Source: a virus. From it: DNA of 64,000 nucleotides. Under the pieces are notes generated by a model that did not search any database, was not told where the DNA came from, and worked only from the letters and a program-made list of their open reading frames with translations. The stretch spans positions 96,001-160,000 of the IMG/VR virus record IMGVR_UViG_3300027782_003601, one strand, 5' to 3'. Positions 9,633 to 18,388 of this stretch are shown piece after piece. Numbering within the stretch: the first letter of the stretch is position 1; every line of letters starts with the position of its first letter. The translations under genes and the position numbers were made by a program.

Positions 9633-10259
9633 ATGACAAAGATATTTTCATTCGCAAACATTTTAATAGTTGGTTTAATTGCATTTATTGTATTTAAACA
9701 ATGTAGTAGTGAGGATAAAGAAATTAAAACTATTAATGTTGATGGTAAAAAATATGAATTACTAAAACATAAAATAGATACATTTGTCGTTGAACATACA
9801 CAAATAAAATACAGAAAAGGAAAAGATATTCCTTATGAAGTAATTGTAGAAAAAGAAAAAAAAGTAGAAGTACCTGTTTATATAAAAGCCGATACTGAAA
9901 GAATATTAAAAGATTACCATGCAAAAGTTTTGTATAAAGATAAATTAGTATTAGATAATGAGTTGGGGACAATTGAAATAACTGATACTATATCTATGAA
10001 TAAAATTATTGGTAGAAAGTGGAATGCTCAAATGAGAGAAAGAACTGTTACTGATACTAAAATTGTAAAAGAACTTCCAAAAAATCAAGTTTATATTGGG
10101 GCACAGGGTGTGATAGGTAATTCTATTGTAATGGTTGGACCTCAAATAACTTTAAAAACCAAAAAAGATAATCTATATGGTGTAAATTTGTTTTTAGATG
10201 CAAACGGAAACAAATACTACGGAGCATCTATTGGTTGGAAGATTAGATTGAAAAAATAA
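9633..10259 (+). CDS. Membrane-anchored / possible lipoprotein, possibly lysis-related
   Basis: N-terminal hydrophobic stretch ending FIVFKQC; C-terminal amphipathic beta strands ending YYGASIGWKIRLKK. Confidence 0.55.
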   Translation: MTKIFSFANILIVGLIAFIVFKQCSSEDKEIKTINVDGKKYELLKHKIDTFVVEHTQIKYRKGKDIPYEVIVEKEKKVEVPVYIKADTERILKDYHAKVLYKDKLVLDNELGTIEITDTISMNKIIGRKWNAQMRERTVTDTKIVKELPKNQVYIGAQGVIGNSIVMVGPQITLKTKKDNLYGVNLFLDANGNKYYGASIGWKIRLKK

Positions 10260-10260
10260 T

Positions 10261-11115
10261 ATGGCAGTTCAAGGGCAACCTAAAAAATCTCTTAAAGAGA
10301 TAATTGCAGAAGAATATCGTAAATGTGGATTAGACCCAATTTACTTTATGAAAAAATATTGTGTTATCCAACACCCAACAAGAGGTAAAATACCTTTCCA
10401 CCTATATCCGTTTCAGGAAAATTGTTTAACAGACTTTAAAGAAAATCGTTTCAACATTATTCTTAAATCCCGTCAATTGGGTTTATCAACCCTTTCTGCG
10501 GGTTTTATTTTGTGGAAAATGTTGTTTAACGAAGATTTCAATGCATTGGTTATTGCAACTAAAGTAACAGTAGCAAAAAACTTAGTAGAGAAAGTAAGAG
10601 TAATGCACGATTTACTACCCGTATGGTTAAGAGATGGTGGGAACTCTTCGGTTGAAGATAACAAACTATCACTTAAACTAAAGAACGGTTCTCAGGTTAA
10701 AGCAATTGCATCCTCACCCGATGCAGGACGTTCGGAAGCCCTATCCCTATTAGTAGTGGATGAGGCAGCATTCATTAGAGATATTGATGAAATTTGGTTA
10801 TCCGCACAATCAACTCTATCAACGGGTGGTAGTGCAATTGTATTATCAACTCCAAATGGTGTGGGTAACTGGTTTCACAAAATGTGGGTAGAAGGGGAAA
10901 GTGGTGCAAATGGATTTAATCCTATAAATCTCCATTGGACAGTTCATCCAGAAAGAAATCAAAATTGGAGAGATGAACAAACTCGTATTTTGGGAGCAAA
11001 AGGAGCAGCACAAGAATGTGATTGTTTGTGGGGTGAATCCAAAGTTCAAGTTAAAAACCTAGAAACGATGGAAATAGACCATTATACTTTGGAACAATTG
11101 TATGATATTTTATAA
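10261..11115 (+). CDS. terL: Terminase large subunit (T4 gp17-like) N-part (ATPase) plus short IntN
   Basis: YPFQ adenine motif, KSRQLGLST Walker A, LLVVDEAAF Walker B, STPNG motif III; ends QECD|CLWGES... Confidence 0.95.
   Translation: MAVQGQPKKSLKEIIAEEYRKCGLDPIYFMKKYCVIQHPTRGKIPFHLYPFQENCLTDFKENRFNIILKSRQLGLSTLSAGFILWKMLFNEDFNALVIATKVTVAKNLVEKVRVMHDLLPVWLRDGGNSSVEDNKLSLKLKNGSQVKAIASSPDAGRSEALSLLVVDEAAFIRDIDEIWLSAQSTLSTGGSAIVLSTPNGVGNWFHKMWVEGESGANGFNPINLHWTVHPERNQNWRDEQTRILGAKGAAQECDCLWGESKVQVKNLETMEIDHYTLEQLYDIL
11023..11115 (+). mobile_element. Atypically short split intein N-fragment (30 aa)
   Basis: CLWGESKVQVKNLETMEIDHYTLEQLYDIL*: block A only, no block B. Confidence 0.88.
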
Positions 11116-11131
11116 TTTATATATTTATACG

Positions 11132-11147
11132 CAAGAATGCGATTGTG
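11132..11147 (+). promoter_or_regulatory. Copy of the intein-less terL insertion site (CAA GAA TGC GAT TGT G = QECDC); candidate endonuclease operator
   Basis: CAAGAATGCGATTGTG vs reconstructed empty site CAAGAATGTGAT|TGTG: 15/16, mismatch at a wobble position; 2 nt downstream of ATATTTATA. Confidence 0.7.
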
Positions 11148-11888
11148 GAAAATATGAACTATGTAACAGAAGGCTGGCAAAAAATAAAAAAATCAATAGA
11201 AATTATTGATAAAATTTATTCATTTGATGAAACTAAAACTTTATTATTAAATGAGTATTATTATGAAAATTATTTTGGAAAAGCTAAAAATAGAACTTTA
11301 ATAAACGATAATCCAAAACTATATAAATCAATATATTATCATAGTAGTATTTTAGAAGATACTATGAAAAATCACAACAGATATAAGGGATGGTATAATT
11401 TTAAATTTAGATTAAAATTTATAGCTGAAATTGATGGTAATATAAATAAATTAAAATGCAATTGTGGAAAAACATATACATGGAATGTTTATTGTAGAAG
11501 TTGTCCTGAATATCACAAAACTTGGTTAGGTAAGAATCATACCGATGATACTAAAAAACTAATGAGAGTATCCACAATTAAGTATTTAGATAAAACTAAT
11601 GGACAACTAGCACCGAGATATAATATAAATTCAATACCAATAATAGAGGAATACGGAAAAATCAATGGATATAATTTTCAGCATGCAGAAAATGGTGGTG
11701 AATACCATATCAAAGAATTGGGTTATTTTTTAGATGGATATGATGTTGAAAAAAATGTAGTTATTGAAATAGATGAAAGGCATCATTTTGATTCAAATGG
11801 TAAATTGAAAAAAAAAGATATAAAAAGAGAGCAGGAAATAACCAAATTATTAAAATGTGATTTTATACGGATAAAATATGAAAACTGA
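11145..11888 (+). CDS. Free-standing homing endonuclease, Vsr-like / EDxHD-type (start GTG 11145 or ATG 11154)
   Basis: FLDGYD..KNVVIEIDERHH..KD..RE; CNC..CRSC and NUMOD3-like HTDDTKKLMR. C-terminal 91 aa about 75% identical to 7018-7752 (manual alignment). Confidence 0.85.
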   Translation: MENMNYVTEGWQKIKKSIEIIDKIYSFDETKTLLLNEYYYENYFGKAKNRTLINDNPKLYKSIYYHSSILEDTMKNHNRYKGWYNFKFRLKFIAEIDGNINKLKCNCGKTYTWNVYCRSCPEYHKTWLGKNHTDDTKKLMRVSTIKYLDKTNGQLAPRYNINSIPIIEEYGKINGYNFQHAENGGEYHIKELGYFLDGYDVEKNVVIEIDERHHFDSNGKLKKKDIKREQEITKLLKCDFIRIKYEN

Positions 11889-12222
11889 TTATATATTAAA
11901 ACTTAATACTAAATACGAAATAATGACTCCAAATGGTTATAAATCATTTGGTGGTATTCGTAAATTAATAAAAAGTGATTATTATGAAATACACTTATCA
12001 AACGGATATAAATTAAAATGTTCTATAAACCATAAATTTATAAAAGATGGCGTTGAAATAGTAATCAATGATATAAATGTTGGTGATTATATTGATGGTG
12101 ATGATAATAAAAAAGTTGTCATACAAATTAAGGAATATAAAACAAAAGATATTACATTATTTGATATTGTAGAAGTAGATGGTGGTAATATATTTAATGT
12201 TGATGGTGTAGTTTCTCATAAT
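11878..12222 (+). mobile_element. Long split intein C-fragment (115 aa), +1 residue Cys
   Basis: TPNGYKSFGGI, block B KCSINHKF, block F LFDIVEV, block G VVSHN. Confidence 0.9.
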
Positions 12223-13068
12223 TGTGATTTTGTTGGTTCTGGAGATACCGTAATAGACCCGGAATTATTAACTTGGTATAAGAACACATATGTAATGGAA
12301 CCTGTTGAAAAAGCAGGGTTTGATAGAAACCTATGGAAATGGGAATATCCAAATTACAACAAACAATATATGGTTATAGCTGACGTTGCAAGAGGAGATG
12401 CAGCCGATTATTCTACTGCACAAGTTTTAGATATTGAAGATTGTTCGCAAGTTGCCGAATATAGAGGAATGATTGATACCAAAGATTTTGGAAACTTTCT
12501 TACTGCATTAGCAACCGAATATAATAATGCACTTTTAGTAGTGGAAAATTCAAACGTAGGTTGGGCATGTATTCAACAAGTAATAGATAGAGGATATCAA
12601 AATTTATTTTATATGAGTAATGATTTAAAATATATTGATGTTGAAAGACAAATGAGTAATAGGTTTTACAGAGATGAAAGGCAAATGGTTGCAGGATTTT
12701 CAACAACAACAAAAACACGTCCTCTTATTATTTCAGCATTAGACACTTATATGAGTGAGAAAGATATTCTTATTCGTAGTGGTAGATTAATAGATGAAAT
12801 GTTTACATTTATTTGGCAAAATGGTAGAGCAGAAGCAATGAAGGGATATAATGATGACTTAATTATGGCATTAGCAATTGGATTATGGGTTCGTAATACT
12901 GCACTTCGTTTAAGACAAGAAGGAATAGATTTAACCAAAAATATGTTAAATTCTGCACACGTTGCTAAATATAGTGGAATGATTACAACAGGTCATTTAA
13001 ATAGTAATCCATATGAAATGGAAGTGGGTAACAAAGAAATAGAAAATTTAACTTGGTTACTTCGTTAA
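11878..13068 (+). CDS. terL: IntC (115 aa) plus terminase large subunit C-part (nuclease domain)
   Basis: ...GVVSHN|CDFVGSG; nuclease motifs IADVARG, VVENS, YNDDLIMALAI. Spliced product would be 254+281 = 535 aa. Confidence 0.93.
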   Translation: MKTDYILKLNTKYEIMTPNGYKSFGGIRKLIKSDYYEIHLSNGYKLKCSINHKFIKDGVEIVINDINVGDYIDGDDNKKVVIQIKEYKTKDITLFDIVEVDGGNIFNVDGVVSHNCDFVGSGDTVIDPELLTWYKNTYVMEPVEKAGFDRNLWKWEYPNYNKQYMVIADVARGDAADYSTAQVLDIEDCSQVAEYRGMIDTKDFGNFLTALATEYNNALLVVENSNVGWACIQQVIDRGYQNLFYMSNDLKYIDVERQMSNRFYRDERQMVAGFSTTTKTRPLIISALDTYMSEKDILIRSGRLIDEMFTFIWQNGRAEAMKGYNDDLIMALAIGLWVRNTALRLRQEGIDLTKNMLNSAHVAKYSGMITTGHLNSNPYEMEVGNKEIENLTWLLR

Positions 13069-13101
13069 TTTTTTTATATTTATATGTTGAAACTATTATA
13101 G

Positions 13102-14268
13102 ATGACAGAAGATTTAGATAAATGGTTTAAAGAAAAATGGGTAAACATCGGCAAAAAAGTTGATGGAAAACATCCACCATGCGGAACTTCTGGTGAAAAA
13201 AGTGGATACGCAAAATGTGTACCCGCTGCAAAAGCTGCCGGAATGAGTAAAAAAGAAAAAGAAAGTGCAACTCGTAGAAAAAGAGCAGCACAAAACGATG
13301 CAGGAAGAGGTGGTAAGGATAGTAAGGGACAAGGTAAAGCACCAATAAATGTTTCTACTAAACCAAAAAACGAAGAGTGGAGTGATAAATATAAAAAGAG
13401 TATAGATTGCAATAATCCAAAAGGTTTCTCTCAAAAAGCACATTGTGCAGGAAAGAAAAAAAATGAAACCATAAGTATAGAAGAAAAGTTAAATTTATTT
13501 TTAGAAAAAAATTGCCCAACAGACCCTGGTAAATGGTCTGCATCTAAATCGGCAGCAAAATCTAAATTTGATGTTTATCCATCAGCATATGCAAATGGAT
13601 GGGCAGCTAAAAACTACAAAGCAAAAGGTGGTGGCTGGAAAACTTGTAATGAGGGTGTAGAATTAAATGAAACATGTTGGGATGGATATAAACAAGTTGG
13701 AATGAAAGACAAAGATGGTAGACAAGTTCCTAATTGTGTTCCTATAAGTGAAGCAGAAAGTGCTGCACAACAAGCTGCTATTGCCATTAATATGAAGAAA
13801 AAAGGTATTAAACCTAAAAACGAAGAAGCACCAATGAATCCTGCTACAAATCAACCTGGTGGATATTGGGGAGATGAAGCAACTGAAGATATTAATTCAG
13901 ATGATGATGTAAACTATGGTTTAGTTGAACCGGAAGAATATGATGTAGAGGATGAAGATATGGCAGATTTCATTGCTTTTATGAGAGGATATGATAAAAA
14001 CCTAAATGAAGGATGTCAATGTTTAAGAGAAGCTGAATATCAGGGTAGAGAAGTTCAATTGGGTAAACCAATGCAAGGTGATGTTAAGAAATTTAAAGTA
14101 TATGTTAAAAATCCAGCAGGTAATGTTGTTAAAGTAAACTTTGGTCAAAAAGGAATGTCTATTAAAAAGAATAATCCAGATAGAAGAAGAAGTTTTAGAG
14201 CAAGAATGAATTGTGATAGTCCAGGACCTAGAGATAAAGCAAGATATTGGAGTTGTAGAGCTTGGTAA
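13102..14268 (+). CDS. Basic Cys/Trp-rich multi-module protein, candidate capsid-internal protein
   Basis: String of short modules (DKWFKEKWV..., KSIDCNNPKGFSQKAHC, YPSAYANGW, CWDGYKQVG..VPNCVP, VNFG..SFRARMNC..YWSC) separated by xxE linkers. Confidence 0.7.
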   Translation: MTEDLDKWFKEKWVNIGKKVDGKHPPCGTSGEKSGYAKCVPAAKAAGMSKKEKESATRRKRAAQNDAGRGGKDSKGQGKAPINVSTKPKNEEWSDKYKKSIDCNNPKGFSQKAHCAGKKKNETISIEEKLNLFLEKNCPTDPGKWSASKSAAKSKFDVYPSAYANGWAAKNYKAKGGGWKTCNEGVELNETCWDGYKQVGMKDKDGRQVPNCVPISEAESAAQQAAIAINMKKKGIKPKNEEAPMNPATNQPGGYWGDEATEDINSDDDVNYGLVEPEEYDVEDEDMADFIAFMRGYDKNLNEGCQCLREAEYQGREVQLGKPMQGDVKKFKVYVKNPAGNVVKVNFGQKGMSIKKNNPDRRRSFRARMNCDSPGPRDKARYWSCRAW

Positions 14269-14272
14269 AAAG

Positions 14273-14304
14273 CTTGGAAATTAAAAAAAAATTTATTATC
14301 TTTA
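14273..14304 (+). promoter_or_regulatory. Possible Bacteroidota-type promoter upstream of portal
   Basis: CTTG-N20-TATCTTTA, one mismatch in each element versus TTTG / TAnnTTTG. Confidence 0.35.
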
Positions 14305-14325
14305 TAGATACTTTACAAATTAAAA

Positions 14326-16077
14326 ATGGCAGATAAATCAGTATTAGGCAGGTTACAGAAATTATTTTCAACAAACACCATTGTTCGTAAAACGGAGAAA
14401 GGATTAAAGGTCATTGACACTGATGAGTGGCAAAATATGACCACAAATCTTGTTGACCGATTTATGAAGTTAAAAGTAACTAACTATGGAACAGGTCAGA
14501 TGGAATCATCTATGGCATACCAACAAGTTCGTATAGATTTATTTAGAGATTACGATTCAATGGATATGGACCCGATTTTATCATCGGCATTAGATATTTA
14601 CGCAGATGAATGTACTGCAAAAAATGAGCAAGGTAATGTCCTAAAGATACATCACGAAGATGATAATATCAAACAAATATTAGAAAATCTTTTTTATGAT
14701 ATTTTAAATATTGAATTTAATCTTTGGCCTTGGACTAGAAATTTAGTTAAATACGGAGATTTCTTTTTACAATTAGAAATAGCAGACGAAGAAGGTATTG
14801 GTATTGTAAATGTAATGCCATTATCTCCATACGAAGTAAGTAGAATTGAAGGGTTTGACCCGGCAAATCCACAAAGAGTAAAGTTTGCATATGCTCCATA
14901 TCAAAACCCATTGGGTGCATATGGTATGAGTCCAAAAAAAGAATTTGAAAATTACGAAATGGCACATTTACGTTTAAACTCAGATTCAAACTTTTTGCCA
15001 TATGGTAAATCTATAATTGAGGGAGGAAGGAGAGTGTGGAAACAATTAATGTTGATGGAAGATGCAATGTTAATTCACAGAGTAATGAGAGCACCTGAAA
15101 AAAGAATCTTTAAAATTGATGTAGGTAATATTCCACCAAACGAAGTGGATAATTATATGCAAAAGATTATAAATTCATCAAAGAAAGTTCCTTTTGTTGA
15201 TGAAAGAACAGGTGAATACAATTTAAAGTATAATGTTCAAAACCTTATTGAAGATTATTATATGCCAGTTCGTGGTAATGATAATGGTACATCTATTGAT
15301 ACTTTAAAAGGTTTAGAGTATAATATGATTGATGACATCAATTATTTAAAAAATAAAATGATGGCATCACTAAAAATTCCAAAAGCATATTTAGGATACG
15401 AAGAAGATACTAATGGTAAAGCAACATTAGCATCTATGGATATTCGTTTTGCTAAAACAATTGAAAGAGTTCAGAGAGTATTAATTTCAGAATTAACAAA
15501 AATTGCAATCGTTCATTTATATGCACAAGGTATTAATGATGACCGTTTGACTAATTTTACATTAGAATTAACTACTCCATCTAAAATATACGAACAAGAA
15601 CAAGTTGAATTATATACTTCAAAGGTAGCGTTAATTCAACAAATGCAACAAACAAAAATGTTCTCCAAAGAATGGATGTATGAATCTGTTATGAAGATGG
15701 CTAAAGATGAGCAAGATGAATTAACATTGGGTGTATTAGAAGATACAAAACAAGCATTCCGTTTAACATCAATTGAAACTCAGGGAACAGACCCTGCTAA
15801 ACCAACTGGTGTAGAAGGAGAACCCACAAACGTTGAAGAAGAATTAGATAGATTAAAATCAGAATTATCTGCAAATGGTGTTGGAAGACCAAAAGACCCG
15901 GTTAGATATGGACATGATGACCATCCGGAAGGTAGAGACCCATTAGGAATTAAAACTCTTAAAACAAAAGAAGGTTCTGTAAAATACAAACCAAGAAACT
16001 CATATCAAGAAATATTTAAAGATATGGATGGTAATAAAAAAACTATTTTAACAGAAGATTTGGATAAAAAATCATAA
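14326..16077 (+). CDS. gp20: Portal protein (T4 gp20-like)
   Basis: LMEDAMLIHRVMRAPEKRIFKIDVGNIP, EDYYMPVRG, IDTLKG, LKIPKAYL. Confidence 0.93.
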   Translation: MADKSVLGRLQKLFSTNTIVRKTEKGLKVIDTDEWQNMTTNLVDRFMKLKVTNYGTGQMESSMAYQQVRIDLFRDYDSMDMDPILSSALDIYADECTAKNEQGNVLKIHHEDDNIKQILENLFYDILNIEFNLWPWTRNLVKYGDFFLQLEIADEEGIGIVNVMPLSPYEVSRIEGFDPANPQRVKFAYAPYQNPLGAYGMSPKKEFENYEMAHLRLNSDSNFLPYGKSIIEGGRRVWKQLMLMEDAMLIHRVMRAPEKRIFKIDVGNIPPNEVDNYMQKIINSSKKVPFVDERTGEYNLKYNVQNLIEDYYMPVRGNDNGTSIDTLKGLEYNMIDDINYLKNKMMASLKIPKAYLGYEEDTNGKATLASMDIRFAKTIERVQRVLISELTKIAIVHLYAQGINDDRLTNFTLELTTPSKIYEQEQVELYTSKVALIQQMQQTKMFSKEWMYESVMKMAKDEQDELTLGVLEDTKQAFRLTSIETQGTDPAKPTGVEGEPTNVEEELDRLKSELSANGVGRPKDPVRYGHDDHPEGRDPLGIKTLKTKEGSVKYKPRNSYQEIFKDMDGNKKTILTEDLDKKS

Positions 16078-16121
16078 AGTAATATAAAACTATATTTATA
16101 TCTGACATATTACAAAAATTA

Positions 16122-16994
16122 ATGAAAAAAATTAAGCATTCAAAATTTAAAAATACTGGATTTATATTTGAACTATTAGTAAGACAAATTACTTCTGAAA
16201 TTATGTCCACTAATAATTCGGTAGCAGAGAAGATTTTAAAAGAAAATTTTAATTCAAAAAAAGAACTTTCAAAAGAATTAAAATTATATCAGTATCTTAT
16301 CAACGAAAAATATAATTCAGAATCTAAAGCAGAACAATTTATTAATACAATTTGCGAAGCAAGAAAAAGATTAGATGAAAAAAAACTTATAAAAGAAAAA
16401 TATAATCTAATTAAACAATTAAAAGAAACTTATAATATTGATGAGTTTATCAAATCATCGGTATCCAATTATAAAACTCTTGCTTCAATTTACAAAATAT
16501 TTGAAGTAGTTAGTACCGAAGAACAATACGACCCAACGGATATTGTTAGTTCCCGTTTTACTATTGCAGAAAACATTATCAATACATCTATTCAGAACAA
16601 AGATTCAAAAATCAAAAATGCAGTATTAGAAGAATACAGAAAGCAAGATGAAGATTTAAGAGCAATTTCATATAAATTTTTAGTAGAAAATTTTAACAAA
16701 AAATATAAAAATTTAACAAATGACCAAAAAAGTTTATTGAGAGAATATATTAATAATATCAATAATACTGGTAAATTAAATGCATATGTTTCTGATGAAG
16801 TTTCTAAATTGATTGGTGGATTAAAAGAAGTTGGTGCTAAAATTACAGATAAAGTAACTAAAATTAAATTAGCAGAAACTATTTCCAATATTAGAAAGAT
16901 TAAATCAGCAAAAAGAATTAAAGAAGAACATCTTTCAGCAATGATGATGATTTATGAATTATTAGGAGAATTAAAAAATAGTTTAAATAAATAA
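16122..16994 (+). CDS. Hypothetical head-cluster protein (helical)
   Basis: Long ORF directly after portal, preceded by ATATTTATA. Confidence 0.75.
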   Translation: MKKIKHSKFKNTGFIFELLVRQITSEIMSTNNSVAEKILKENFNSKKELSKELKLYQYLINEKYNSESKAEQFINTICEARKRLDEKKLIKEKYNLIKQLKETYNIDEFIKSSVSNYKTLASIYKIFEVVSTEEQYDPTDIVSSRFTIAENIINTSIQNKDSKIKNAVLEEYRKQDEDLRAISYKFLVENFNKKYKNLTNDQKSLLREYINNINNTGKLNAYVSDEVSKLIGGLKEVGAKITDKVTKIKLAETISNIRKIKSAKRIKEEHLSAMMMIYELLGELKNSLNK

Positions 16995-16996
16995 AA

Positions 16997-17266
16997 ATGG
17001 TAAATTATAGAATATTTAACGCAAAAGAATTTGTAGCAGCAGGTGCAGGAACATCTGGTTCTTTGGATAAAGCTTGGGGAGTAATGAGAGGTTCGGCAGT
17101 ATGTTCAGGTTCAATAACATTGGAGGGATTTGTAAATGCATCCGGTTCTAATCCAACTAGTAATCGTGCTACATTAAAATTAGAATCTTTAATTCAAGGA
17201 GAACCCATTCCATGTTATGTTAGAGATATTACAGTAACAGTAGGAACTGCTTATTTATTAGCATAA
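16997..17266 (+). CDS. Small beta-rich virion protein (possible decoration)
   Basis: 89 aa; three SGS motifs; C-terminal PIPCYVRDITV. Confidence 0.6.
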   Translation: MVNYRIFNAKEFVAAGAGTSGSLDKAWGVMRGSAVCSGSITLEGFVNASGSNPTSNRATLKLESLIQGEPIPCYVRDITVTVGTAYLLA

Positions 17267-17278
17267 AATTATAAAGAT

Positions 17279-18388
17279 ATGCCATCAGTCAGTAAAGCAC
17301 AGCAAAAATTTATGGGAATGGTTCATGCTGCCCAACAGGGTGATATGGAAAATCCATCACCCGAAGTTCAAAAAGCAGCAGATTCAATGTCTGATAAAGA
17401 TGCCAAAGATTTTGCATCAACAAAACATAAAGGTTTACCTGACCATGTTAAAGAATTTATTATTAGAGAAGTTAGGGGTATTAAAACAATTAGTAAAGAG
17501 TATGGTGATATTGTAGACCAAATTCAAAAACATTTGGAATTATATAAACAAACAAAAGGAACTCCTGCTGAAAAACAACATATTCAACAATTAAAACAAC
17601 TTAATGATAAAAAGAAATCATTGGCAGCTGAATTAGACCAAAAAGTTAGTGGGATGTATAAAGATGCGGAATTAAAAGTTGATGAAATAAATGTTACTGG
17701 CAATATAGATGGATATAATACTCCATATGCATTTAGTGGTAAAGATGATGAAACATCTAAAGGAAAGAAACAAGCAGATTTAACTGGATATTCAGTAGTT
17801 AAAGAATCTTTAATCAAAGAAGATATAGATACTATGTACCTTGCTATGATTGTAATGGCACAAGCAGCAATACTAGGTGGTAATATTGGTATGTTAGCCG
17901 GTAAATACGTTGATAGTAAAGGTGTATTTCCAAATATTGATGATATAAAAAGATGGTGGAAAGATAGAAAAGATGATAAAGCAGTTAAATCAATCATAGC
18001 TAAAATAAAGAGTGACCCGGAAATGATTGCATTTTTCAAAATGTCTCAAACTCAACAAAGAGGGAAATTTAGAAAATTGGTTGCTACCAAACTATCTCCG
18101 GATGAAATTCAATATTTGAATAGAATTAACAAAAGTGATTTACAAGAAAATCGTTGGGTAGCATTACGACAAGAAGAATCAACTCCAACTCAAAAAATAG
18201 GAAGAGGGATTTCAAATATAAATAAACAACTTAAAGAAATGGAACAATTTCTAAGTTGGTACGGTAAAATTAAAAATGAAAACGGAGTTTCTAATAAAAA
18301 TTTCTGGAAAAGAACAAATTCTCATATTTATAATATAAAAGAGAGGTTGTTAAAATTAGACCAACAAATTCGTAAAATATCTGAATAA
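17279..18388 (+). CDS. Multi-module head-cluster protein with DUF3008-like N-terminus
   Basis: MPSVSKAQQKFMG...DFASTKHKGLPDHV; modules separated by IIRE, VDE, LIKE, LQE. Confidence 0.65.
   Translation: MPSVSKAQQKFMGMVHAAQQGDMENPSPEVQKAADSMSDKDAKDFASTKHKGLPDHVKEFIIREVRGIKTISKEYGDIVDQIQKHLELYKQTKGTPAEKQHIQQLKQLNDKKKSLAAELDQKVSGMYKDAELKVDEINVTGNIDGYNTPYAFSGKDDETSKGKKQADLTGYSVVKESLIKEDIDTMYLAMIVMAQAAILGGNIGMLAGKYVDSKGVFPNIDDIKRWWKDRKDDKAVKSIIAKIKSDPEMIAFFKMSQTQQRGKFRKLVATKLSPDEIQYLNRINKSDLQENRWVALRQEESTPTQKIGRGISNINKQLKEMEQFLSWYGKIKNENGVSNKNFWKRTNSHIYNIKERLLKLDQQIRKISE

Noticed and set aside
6963-11888. Group I introns carrying the endonucleases
   Set aside because: Non-coding flanks are only about 30-55 nt, the nuclease overlaps the downstream ORF, and there is no room for a ribozyme core. 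The intein motifs explain rejoining at protein level.
6666-12222. Contiguous inteins broken by sequencing frameshifts
   Set aside because: IntN, nuclease and IntC have their own stops, starts and promoter motif, and the same geometry occurs independently twice.
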